Shown here piece by piece: positions 48,207 through 59,906 of a stretch of DNA of 64,000 nucleotides. Numbering within the stretch: position 1 is the stretch's first letter; every line of letters begins with the position of its first letter. The DNA comes from Antechinus flavipes (lineage: Eukaryota). The position numbers and the translations under genes are program-made. The stretch covers positions 232,252,001 through 232,316,000 of the forward strand of contig NC_067399.1 in the NCBI RefSeq assembly GCF_016432865.1, given 5' to 3'. Under the pieces are notes generated by a model. That model searched no databases and was not told where the DNA came from. It saw only the letters and a list, made by a program, of their open reading frames with translations.

Positions 48207-49570
48207 TGATCCTGTAAGTGTCTCTCCTGTTACAGCACCTGCAGAGGAACTTTCCCTCCCACTTCTGAGAGTGGAAGCCCCAGGAGACTTCTTAGGACAA
48301 GCCTGCTGATTCACCATCCCAGAATTCTCTGAAAAGAGAATGCGATGGCAGAAAAGAATTAGGGATTTCAGCCTGGATTTGAGGCTAATTTAGCCCTAGG
48401 ATGAGTCAGAATTCAAGAAGGAAACCGAATTTTTGTCCTCTATGATGAGGGGCTTAAAAGCATGGCAGGGAGAAATCATTGACTTTATTGCCCTGAGAAC
48501 TCCTTTGAATTGAGAGTAACCCTTGCCCTCTCAGTGGCTGAAGAGCCCACAACATGAACAAATCAAATCTATATTAACTTTCAAGGCTTTCCATCAACTA
48601 GCCTCATCTTACCTAAGACCATGACTTACTGTATCTGAATACACTTGGGCTCACCGCAAAGGGGACTGATTCCCAGCTCTGTACCATTGTTCAGGCTTTC
48701 CCCCCAATGGAAACATCTCCCCATTTGTCTCCACAAATCCCAAATCTTGTCTGTGAAGCCCCGATGAGCTACCCCCAATCCACAGTGAATCTTTTCCTTC
48801 TCTTGGATTCCTACTACATTTTTATTGTCTTGAATTGTTCTCTATTTGTTTTATGTCTTTGTTTCTTGTCTTCTCAGCCAGCCCCCCCCCCTTAAGGATA
48901 GGGGCTGTCTTCTTCGTCTGTGTTCCACACAGTGCTTGGCACAGAGCTTGGTCCAGCAGATGCTTCATAAAGTTTGTCAAATGATTGAACTATCACAAAT
49001 TCAGTCTCTGAGACTTTTTCAGCCTGGAGAGGAAATTTTCTTTTGAATAAAAGTTCTTGGGGATATTGGGACTGGGATGGCAGTGGGAGTAGGCAGAGAG
49101 AGTCCTGGCCTGGCCCATGCTCTCCCCAAAGGGCCCTGACTCTCAGGGTGTTTAGTCTCCACAGGGGAAGGCAGGGTGGATTCCTAACTGGTGGTTCTAG
49201 AAAGATCCCAAGAAGAAGAGATGGCAGCGGATCTGGGGCAGTCAGGAGAGGAGGAAACTGGTCGGGTGGGGAGAAAGTGTCAAGAAACAACTAGTCTCCC
49301 CCAAAGGTGACTTCCTAATCTCCCTCAATGTCCCCAAAATAGGAGGAGAAAGACTGCATGAAGGCACGTAAGTCGGCAGCTGGAGCCCCCAGTCTGAGCC
49401 CTGGCTCCTCATTGTGCCTTTACGGTCCCAGGGTAGGACCACTGTTGTCCTATTTCACCAAGAGTGCTAGGAGTTCTGAGGGGAGCTGGACCCTCTGGAG
49501 GCTGGGACAGGCGGAGCCAGGCTGGGGAGGAAAGTGTCTGGCTGACCTCTCCCAGCCCTCCAGCCCCCTG

Positions 49571-49713
49571 TTAGATGACCTCCTGCTTGGTGATGGTGGG
49601 CTGAGGGATGGCTGAAGGAGGCTTGACCACTGTGGCGATGGCTCCTGGCAGTAGCTTGTAGGGCTCAGGCCCCGAGCTGGCCGGCGGAGAAGGCTGTGGG
49701 GTCTCAGGAGTGG
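49571..49713 (-). CDS. HNF4A: Hepatocyte nuclear factor 4 alpha, exon 10, 143 bp to TAA
   Basis: ttccag|CCACT...; encodes [46 protein letters not shown]. Confidence 0.97.
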
Positions 49714-50482
49714 CTGGAAGGACAAGGAGACAAATACCACCCAGTGAGTCAGAGGGGGACCACCGCTGGGTCCCTGAGAGACAAAAGAAAGCGCACACAG
49801 GAGTACGCAGGAGGCAGCGAGGTGTAAAAGACCAAGATCTAGTCCTGCTTTGGGCACTGACTCGCCTACTCCCACCCCCTTGACCTGGGTCTCAGCTTCC
49901 TCAACTCTATGTTAAGGGCAAGGGACGAGACAGTCTCTGTGGTTCTTTCTACTTCTGACAGTCTATGTTCTATGCCCAAAGATTTTTCCAGCTCTAAAAT
50001 TTGAGATTCTCTCAGGACTCGTGGCTAAATGGGTTGGAACAGAAAGACAGTAAGTTCCTGACTGGAATCCTTTCCCTATATTCCAGGACGTCCCCTCTTT
50101 GCTCCCAACATCACTGTCTGTTCTTTCAGCCTGAGCAAGAGGGCCAGACTTCCTGTCCTGAACCAAAGCATACGGTCAGCATGTGGCACACGGCCTGGGA
50201 GAAACCGGCCCTTTTGGGGGGAAAGCAGCAAGTCTTTAAGCCACTACCTTGTGGCCTGGAATGCTAGGGAGGGCGTGTACCCTCCTTCTCTGAGAGGTCA
50301 GAGGCTGCGATCTTATTCTAGTCTTGGTTTTGAGAAATGGATCCCATGAGTGCAGAAAGATTCTCCTTTCCCACAAATCCAAATTTGCAGGGCCCTGCCT
50401 CCGACCCCAACCCAGGACCAAGCTTCTTGAGACCTCCCTCCCTTCTCCCTCCCTTTCCCCCAAAGAGCCCCAGGCTGCCCAC

Positions 50483-50635
50483 CTGTCCGCCACCCAGGAC
50501 GGGGCCACTCACACATCTGTCCATTGCTGATCTGGGCAGGCATGGTGTTGGCGACTATCACATTAGTGCCCATGTTTTCTGGCACCAAGTGAGGGTGCAA
50601 GGGGTGGTGAGTGTGGGGTGCTTCGCTGGAAGACC
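50483..50635 (-). CDS. HNF4A: HNF4A exon 9: long form 153 bp (alpha2-type) or short form 123 bp ending at 50513 (alpha1-type)
   Basis: ctcag|GGTCT; encodes [40 protein letters not shown]. Donors GT|gtgagt (50513) and CAG|gtgggc (50483) are 30 nt apart. Confidence 0.96.
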
Positions 50636-50887
50636 CTGAGGATGGAAACAGTAAAACTAAGAATAGCAGGTCACAAGAGCTGGATTACTGAGATGGAGCT
50701 TAATATCTGCCCTAATTGTCTTCTACTAGGATTCTAGAAATAAAAATGAGACTAGTCTCATTTAGCTAGACTAGTCTAGCTAAAGAAGCTTAAAGAGTAC
50801 TTTCACTCTCTGGTTTCTTTTCCCTCAGTTAAATGAGAGATTTGAATTAAATAATCCTTAAGATTTCTTCCAGACATAATATTCTAT

Positions 50888-51772
50888 GTTCTAAGGGCCC
50901 TCCCAGCTCGACCTCTTGGGTTCTAACGGCCCTCCCAGCTCTGACCTCCTGTGTTCTAATCTCCCTCCCAGCTCTGACCTTCTGGGTTCTAAGGGCCCTT
51001 CCAGCTCTGACCTCCTGGGTTCTAAGCTCCCTCCCAGCTCTCACTCCTGGGTTCTAAGGGCCCTCCCAGCTCTGACATTCTGTGTTCTAAGGGCCCACCC
51101 AGCTCTGACCTCCTATGTTCTAAAGGCCTTCCCAGCTCTGATGTTCTGTGGTCTAAGGGCCCTCCCAGCTCTGACCTCCTATGTTCTAAAGGCCTTCCCA
51201 GCTCTGACCTCCTGTGTTCTAAGGGCCCTCCCAGTTCTGACCTCCTGTGTTCTAAGGGCCCTCCCAGTTCTGACCTCCTGGGTTCTAAGCTCCCTCCCAG
51301 CTCTCACTCCTGGGTTCTAAGGGCCCTCCCAGCTCTGACTCCTGTGTTCTAAGCTCCCTCCCAGCTCTGACATTTCATGTTCTAAGCTTCCTCTCAGCTT
51401 TGACATTCTGTGTTCTAAGGGCCCTCCCAGCTCTGACCTGGGTTCTAAGCTCCCTCCCAGCTCTCACTCCTATGTTCTAAAGGCCTTCCCAGCTCTGACC
51501 TCCTGTGTTCTAAGGGCCCTCCCAGTTCTGACCTCCTGTGTTCTAAGGGCCCTCCCAGATCTGACATTCTGTGTTCTAAGGGCCCCCCCAGCTCTGACCT
51601 CCTGGGTTCTAAGCTCCCTCCCAGCTCTCACTCCTGGGTTCTAAGGGCCCTCCCAGCTCTGACTCCTGTGTTCTAAGCTCCCTCCCAGCTCTGACATTTC
51701 ATGTTCTAAGCTTCCTCTCAGCTTTGACATTCTGTGTTCTAAGGGCCCTCCCAGCTCTGACCTGTGCTCTAA
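50888..51772 (+). repeat. 33-bp minisatellite, about 27 units, in HNF4A intron 8
   Basis: Consensus GTTCTAAGGGCCCTCCCAGCTCTGACCTCCTGT; 28 (t)tctaa anchors at about 33-bp spacing. Confidence 0.97.
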
Positions 51773-51931
51773 CATCTGAATTCTAAATCTGCAAGCCCCC
51801 CAGTCCCACTTGGAGTGGGGACAGCTGGGGCCAGTGCCCTGCCCTTATGGATTGAATGAGGACCTCAAGAGCTAAGCCCCCCCCCCTCCACCCCAGGTGG
51901 TGGGTGAAGTCGGGAGACGACTGGCACAGAC

Positions 51932-52168
51932 CCCCCAGCAGCATCTCCTGCAGCAAGTTGTCGATCTTGGTCACACCAAAGAGTTTGATGAACTGTATCT
52001 GCTCGATCATCTGCCAGGTGATGCTCTGCAGGGTGGGCAGCAGCAGCAGCAGCTCCCCAAAGCGACCCCGGGAGTCGTACTGCCGGTCATTGATGTAGTC
52101 CTCCAGGCTCACCTGCACCTGTGACCGCATCCGCTTGATTTTACCAGGGTCGCTCAGCCCCTTGGCAT
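51932..52168 (-). CDS. HNF4A: HNF4A exon 8, 237 bp (end of ligand-binding domain, AF-2)
   Basis: acacag|ATGCC...GGGG|gtctgt; encodes [78 protein letters not shown]. Confidence 0.97.
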
Positions 52169-52289
52169 CTGTGTGGGCAAGGGAGGAAAGCAAGGGAGGT
52201 TTGGGGGGGAAAGAAGTCTGGGGCCGAGGGAAGCCCAGATGAGAGCGGGCCACAGGACAGAGACTGTCTGGTCCAGAATGCTCTCGGGA

Positions 52290-54040
52290 AATTATCGGCT
52301 TTAATCCCCGCCGTTTCCAAAGGCGGACCTTGAGGCCAGGCCAAACAGGCGCTGAGGCGGAGGCAGCGCTGGAAGCCGGGTCACTGGCTGCAAACCCAGC
52401 GCTTTCCCTTGGGCTCCCACCATTTTATAGATGAAATGACAGAGACCCAGGAAGACAATGTTATGCATGAGGCGAAAGCAGAGCCTCGATCAGAGCCCAG
52501 GCTGGGCCCTCCTCATTACCCCAGCGGGCGCCCTAGTCCCAGGTCCCGCGACCAACTCTCCTCAGTTTGCGCCCGCGGGTCCCTCCCTGCCCACCCGGGC
52601 ACCGGCCAGCGCTCCTCAGTCTGCGCCCGCGGGTCCCTCCCTGCCCACCCGGGCACCGGCCAGCGCTCCTCAGTCTGCGCCCGCGGGTCCCTCCCTGCCC
52701 ACCCGGGCACCGGCCAGCGCTCCTCAGTCTGCGCCCGCGGGTCCCTCCCTGCCCACCCGGGCACCGGCCAGCGCTCCTCAGTCTGCGCCCGCGGGTCCCT
52801 CCCTGCCCACCCGGGCACCGGCCAGCGCTCCTCAGTCTGCGCCCGCGGGTCCCTCCCTGCCCACCCGGGCACCGACCAGCGCTCCTCAGTCTGCGCCCGC
52901 GGGTCCCTCCCCGCCCACCAGGGCACCGGCCAGCGCTCCTCAGTCTGCGCCCGCGGGTCCCTCCCTGCCCACCCGGGCACCAACCAGCGCTCCTCACTCT
53001 GCGCCCGCGGACCCCGCCCCACCACCAGGGCACCGACCAGCGCTCCTCAGTCTGCGCCCGCGGGCCCCGCCCCACCACCAGGGCACCGGCCAGCGCTCCT
53101 CAGTCTGCGCCCGCGGGCCCCGCCCCACCACCAGGGCACCGACCAGCGCTCCTCAGTCTGCGCCCACGGGCCCCGCCCCGCCCACTCGGGAACCGGCCAG
53201 CGCTCCTCAGTGTGCGCCCACGGGCCCCGCCCCGCCCCGCCCACCCGGGAACCGACCAGCGCTCCTCAGTGTGCGCCCACGGGCCTTGCCCCACCACCAG
53301 GGCACCGACCAGCGCTCCTCAGTCTGCGCCCGCGGGTCCCTCCCCGCCCACCAGGGCACCGACCAGCGCTCCTCAGTCTGCGCCCGCGGGCCCCGCCCCA
53401 CCACCAGGGCACCGACCAGCGCTCCTCAGTGTGCGCCCGCGGGCCCCGCCCCACCACCAGGGCACCGACCAGCGCTCCTCAGTCTGCGCCCGCGGACCTC
53501 GCCCCACCACCAGGGCACCGACCAGCGCTCCTCAGTGTGCGCCCGCGGGCCCCGCCCCACCACCAGGGCACCGACCAGCGCTCCTCAGTCTGCGCCCGCG
53601 GACCTCGCCCCACCACCAGGGCACCGACCAGCGCTCCTCAGTCTGCGCCCACGGGCCTCGCCCCACCACCAGGGCACCGGCCAGCGCTCCTCAGTGTGCG
53701 CCCACGGGCCGGCCCTGCCTGTGCTGGGCAGAAGCAGGGGGAGAGGAGGCCGCCGCCTTCGGGAGGTCACTCAGGGCTGCCTGTCCCGGCCCGAGCCAAG
53801 TGGCCCGGAGCGAGGAGAGGGAACGGGCAGTTCCTGCGTTCTAGATACTCCAGTCCTACTGAGGGAAACAACAGGGGAACTGCAAACTGGGATAACCTGG
53901 GGACGGGGGAGGGCGCAAGGATCAACACACTGATACCTAAAGGCCTTCGCAGCCTGTTATCTTCGAAAAAGTATAGCATGGGGGCCGCTAGGAGGCGCAG
54001 TGGGTGGACCCAGCCCGGAGTCAGGAGGAGCTGAGTTCCA
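52290..54040. promoter_or_regulatory. Intragenic CpG island spanning the minisatellite and its non-repetitive flanks
   Basis: 6 CpG per 54-bp unit. The flanks 52290-52400 and 53700-53830 are also CpG-rich, unlike the rest of the gene. Confidence 0.7.
52553..53710 (+). repeat. GC/CpG-rich 53-54-bp minisatellite, 21 full units plus 1 degenerate unit, in HNF4A intron 7
   Basis: Unit GGGCACCGGCCAGCGCTCCTCAGTCTGCGCCCGCGGGTCCCTCCCTGCCCACCC. CAGCGCTCCTCA recurs at 52607, 52661, 52715...53682. Confidence 0.98.
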
Positions 54041-54130
54041 ATCCCACCTCAGACATTTAACACTTCCTGGCTGTGTGACCTTGGGCAAGTCACTTAACCC
54101 CAAATGCCTCAGGGAAAAACAAATAAACAA
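53981..54130 (+). mobile_element. WSINE1-like SINE
   Basis: ggggccgctaggaggcgcagtgg head, core and A tail; imperfect TSD at 53966-53980 and 54131-54145. Confidence 0.8.
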
Positions 54131-55213
54131 AAAGAGTGTAGCATGCTGGAAAGACTTTTGGAGTCTGAGGACCTCAATTTCACCTCAGTTTCCTCAGCTG
54201 TAAAACAGGGAGAGTTAGATTGGACAGCCAGGTCTAGCCGAGCCCAGTGGGGAACCTATGACTCCGTCATATGATTGTCTTGTGGTCCATCGAGGGGGGC
54301 CAAGCCTGCAGCCCCGGGCCTTGGGGGAGACCTGACTTCCCTGGGCTATCCAGCTGCTTCCTAGGAAGACGGGTCCCAGGATGGAACATCTGGGAATGAG
54401 AGCCCCTCAGGCTACAGCTGATGAGATTGTGAAGAGGGGACCCCAAAACTTTGAAAATCCTTGAAGGAGAGAATCAACTCTGCCTCAATAAGAGACCCTG
54501 CCCCAAGTCCTTTTTTTTTCTCTTAAATGAATTTTGAGGCTTGAGGGGGAATGGAGCAGGTTGTGGTCCCTTAAAAAAACTAGTCCTTTCAGATTGATTT
54601 ATTCCTTTCTGATTGAGATTACTCCCAGCCCCTCCTTTGATTCACAAATCCTGGTCAAAAGGATCCCTTTGAATTCCAAAAGGAGATCCAGCTTGTTCTA
54701 GTCCCAGCCGGATCTGAGCCAATCTGGGACTCCACCCATGAACCCCCTATTATAAAAGAGCCAAACTAAAACCCTCTCTTTGCAGAGGTTCCAAACATGC
54801 CAGCTCCATGCTTGGCACCCCAAGGGCCTCTGCCCATTGGAATACAGTTTCCAGTGCCCCTTCTCTTTACCCTCACCTATTTCCTTAACTAGACTTTAAA
54901 ACCTTACTTCCAATCCCCATAACAAACCTCTTTTATCAATCTAGGTTTTCAGGCCTCTAAATTCCTTTACAGAGAACTTCTGTGCCACCAGAAGGGAGTT
55001 CCCAAAACTCCCTACCCTTGCGCCGAATCCTGAGGGGGTGCAGGGGAGCCAAACCCCTCCATCTGGTTTCCTGAACCCCAAATATGCCACTAGACCTCAT
55101 TTAACTCCCTGACCACTAGAAACCCTAATTTCATTTGGGTATCTCAAACCTAAACCTCATCAACTGGATCCCACCAAGCCAGAGAACTGGGGGCTCTGCT
55201 TGATTTCCAGTAC

Positions 55214-55369
55214 CTGGGTCAAAGAAGATGATGGCCTTCAGACAGGCGTATTCATTGTCATCGATCTGGAGTTCCTGGAAGGGCTGCACCAGCTCGTCCA
55301 GAATGCGGACCGCCACACGGCTCATTTCCACCAGTTCGGGGCAGTGTCGTGGGACGATGTAATCATTGC
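55214..55369 (-). CDS. HNF4A: HNF4A exon 7, 156 bp
   Basis: gttcag|GCAAT...CCAG|gtactg; encodes [51 protein letters not shown]. Confidence 0.97.
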
Positions 55370-55429
55370 CTGAACGCATGGGGGAGAAGCCACAGGAGTC
55401 CAGTCAGTTCAGTGAACATCCGCAGTACT

Positions 55430-55810
55430 AACGTGCATACGCACACACAGTGCACATGCATTAATTGTGCTCACCTGCATACACACGTGTGCACCGTGCA
55501 CATAACACACAATGCACACACATCATTCATGTCTTTCATGCATCTATACAGCACATCTGTGCACATAACTGGACCGAATATACACATGTGCACCACACAA
55601 TCATATCCATATGCGTACACACCTGTGCATGCCTATACTCAATGTACACGCATATACATCTATGTATGTGAGTGCATGCATGCACATTAAGTGTATACAT
55701 ACATGTGCATATATAACACATACATATGCATGGATACGTATACATGGCAAGCATTGAAAATAACACGTTCCCATTCTAATAACAATAGCTGGTACACACA
55801 CATATACATA
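55430..55810. repeat. Degenerate (CA/TA/TG)n purine-pyrimidine low-complexity tract
   Basis: Read directly from the sequence. Confidence 0.9.
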
Positions 55811-56338
55811 AATAGTGCTCTGTAGTGGCAGAATTGTTTTTTCGACATAACCTTTTATGATCCTCCCAACAGCCCACGAGGCTAGCAGGGCAGGAAACAT
55901 GTGGTCATCCATCCATTTAAAGTCCTTAGAAAGAACCTAAGAGATCTTGTCCAGCCTGCTTATTTTGTAGACACTAGGAATCAGAAAGGCAAGAGGAGTG
56001 ACTGGCAGACTCAGACCTCCTGACACCAAACCCAGTGCTCTTTCCACTCTACTGAACAGACTCACTTATTTCCATTTTGCAAATAGGAAACTGAGGTAGA
56101 TGCTGAGTCCATGGCTCTATTGTACGATGCCCTAAAAAGTTATATCTAAAGAAAGGTCTTTTCAATAGACCAAAGTCATGGATTTGATACTTTGGAGGAA
56201 GGAAAGACTCTGCTAAGAGATTCAAGATTCTCTACTTTTCATTCCTCAATAACTCTTCCCCATTCAAAGCAGAAAACACATGTCACACCCTTTGCCCCAT
56301 GGCCCTAGTTTGGAGTTCCCTTCCAGGTCAGTTGGTCA

Positions 56339-56497
<159 letters not shown>

Positions 56498-58915
56498 TCA
56501 TAGAATATAAGTTTAGAGTGACCTAGGAGAACTCTTTTTATTTTACAGATGAGGTAACTGAGACCCAAAGAAACCAAGCAATCTGGCTGGCTGGTCTGTT
56601 CTTTGACCTGTGTTACACAGACTACTAAGGCAGTATAAAGTGCTGGTCATTATTGCTGTTCCAATTATATATATAAGCTGTGCATCATTGGGAAGGCTGG
56701 TAAAAATACCGGACAGTTGGTGACCATTGTGAGACGAAAATCATGTTTATGGGACAGGGACAATAAGTAATGGTCTCTCATCAGTCAGGCTCTTTCTTTA
56801 GGGATGGGGAAAGAGGTAACCAACAGCTTCCTAGGAGACAATCCTCCCAGGCCTGCCATTCCATTTTCCTCCCAATTGAAAGGAGTAGATTCCTTGTCTG
56901 AAAATTAGTTTTCTTCCCTGCTCTTCTTCCTCTACTTCAGGAAGTCCTATATAGGGAAGCTTGTGGCCCAAGGAGGTTGCCAAGTCACTAGAATTTGGAA
57001 GCTTCTTACCCTAGCACTGCTGTTAACTAGTCCTGTGAGCTTTCTAGAGTTTCACAGCTGCTCTCTGCCGCGTAACACTGGCCTTATCAGTTCTGCAACA
57101 GCCATGCATTCCCATTCTACAGGATTTTACTGTTTATAAAGCACTCTTCTATCCATTTACTTCACTGAATCATCCCATCATCCCTATGGAGTTCATCAGA
57201 GCAGGAATTAAAGTAACCATTTTATAGAAGAAGAAATTGAGTCTTGGGGAGATCATCTGCCCAACCAAGTTGGAACAGCAAATTAATGGTAAAGCTTGGA
57301 CTTGAACCCAATCTTCTAACTCTGAATCCAAGAGACAAGAGCAGTTCAAATTCTCTGTGTCTAAGAATTAGATATTCTGAATCAGAACAAGCCTTAAGAC
57401 ATAGAACACTGAATGTTAGGTCCTGATGGAATGGACCTTAGAGATTATTTAGTCCGGTTGTCTTTTTAGAGATGGAAAAACTAAGGTCCAGTGGACAAGA
57501 GATTTGATCAAAATCAAATACAGCTATTTATGGAAATAAACTTGTTGTGGGTATCCAGGGCACTTCTCCTTTTTATCTGCCTTGTAACAGAAGGTATTCT
57601 ATATGACCCAACCAGCAAGGCTCTCCTTCGATTGTTTCTCATATACCAAGGGCAGCCCAATTTAGCTATTTCCCAAGGCCATCTTGGCCTCTTGTGGTGG
57701 CCACCATTTTGGCATGAGAAAGAAGCCATCCCTGGGGGCTGGGGGTTAATTATTCCCCTTGTTATCTGCCACCCATCACTGCCCCTGGAGAATGTTCTGA
57801 GCCCCTGCCCGGGAGTAGTTCCAAGGTTTAGGTGAAAAATGGAGGTTAACAATTGGTTGGTTGAATAGTGTCTCTAAACCCACTGAGACCCCTGGGGAGG
57901 AACAGCAGTGATTAAACATTAATGCATGGACCCAGGCCTGGCATGGGGGGTGGAGGGAGGAACAGCTCAAGCAGTTGGAGAAGAATGAGTTCCTCTCTGG
58001 GTAGGAGGGCAAAGAACTGGTGCCCTGCCAGAATCCCAGCTCAGTTCAATCTGTGAAGAATGAGTTCACAGGTGCAGAATATCTTAATATTCATTGAGTC
58101 TATCCCCTCACGTTCTATAGGTGGGAAGACTGAGTCCCTGGAAAAGAAGGGACTTCTTTATGCCTTACAGATAATAAATAAAACTTCAGTGCTTGAACTG
58201 CAAACTCATGCTCTTTCCACTATTTCCTGGAACTATTTGATATATGGAAAGCAGGACAAGTTACCTCTTCATCTGGTCCAGCTCTAGCGTGTCTTAGCCT
58301 CACATGCAGTTATTATTTGAGGTATCCAGGCCAAGGCCTCCCTTGTCCCCCAAACCAATCTGACACTGGAATTCTACCCTTTTTCATTCCTTCAGAATGT
58401 CACAGTGAGATAATTGCAGTAACACTGGGAGGGAGAACAATTAAGCTTTATCAGTTAGTGACACTTTCAGTGTTAACAATAAATTTGCCAGTGCCTTTTA
58501 AAATAGAGGGGCACCTGAGTAGGGATGAGAGGGAAAGAGGTTCATAGGCTTAGGTGGGAAACTGCTACACAGGCCTGAATAGCTAAGAGGAAGCACAAGC
58601 AGAGTAGGTAGGTAATAGGGAGGTAAAGAGACCTGGATTCTTGACTCAGATCTGTGATTAATTTGATGTATGATGTTTGGCAAATCACTTCTTCTTAATC
58701 AACCTTAATTTCCCTTATATAAAATGAAGGAATTGAGACCAGAAAGTAGACCCCATGACATTTCTAGGAGGCAAACTCCAGGTGGTCACCATGTATCCAC
58801 AGAGTATGGCTGGGCTCCCCAAGCACCTCAGATGGCAGTGATACCTCCTCCAACCCAAAGATGTTCTGATGCACCCCATGCTACTTTCTGGGATACCTGA
58901 ACACAGACAGTATCA

Positions 58916-59320
<405 letters not shown>

Positions 59321-59906
59321 CTATATCTATATCTATCTATCTGGTTGGGTTGGTTTTTTTTTTTTTAGATTTCAGCCAATTATGGGGGATTTTCTTTTAA
59401 TACTGTTATTTATTTTTTATCTTTTAATAATATTTAATTTTAAAATACATGCAAAATTAGTTTTCAACATTCACCTCTGCAAAACCCTGTGTTTCAAATT
59501 TTTCTCCCCAAGACAGCAAGGTCTTGATAGAGGTTAAACATATGTAACCATAATAATATTTTTAAATGAACAATATAAAATACAAAAGGATTATAAAGGA
59601 GATCAATTATATTGAAATATAGTTATCAAAATATTTAGCCCTTACTTTGAAGTTATTTAATTCATCTGTATGGTTTTATAGATATGGAATCCAAGACACA
59701 AAGAAGGGGAGTGATTTGTCCAGCATCACACTGGAATTAATTGACAAAACCAAGACCAAAAAGGAGAAATGTCTTGCCCAATGTCATAGAGATACTATCA
59801 ATCCATCACAAGTATTGATGAAGATACTAGGTAACAGAATCTCATCATAGAATGTCAAAGCTGGAAGAAGGCCATCAAGACCCTTTCACCAAATCTGTTC
59901 ATTTTT

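Noticed and set aside
50916-51320. 134-aa plus-strand ORF
   Set aside because: It is a translation of the 33-bp (11-codon) minisatellite.
52553-53710. CRISPR-like appearance of the regular repeats
   Set aside because: The units are contiguous with no unique spacers, there are no cas genes, and the context is eukaryotic.
52409-54034. 541-, 491- and 425-aa plus-strand ORFs antisense to HNF4A
   Set aside because: All three plus frames are open because the GC-rich repeat unit has no stop codons. The peptides are unit translations with frame switches at 53-bp units.
55349-55912. His/Cys/Tyr-rich ORFs
   Set aside because: They are translations of the CA/TA low-complexity tract.
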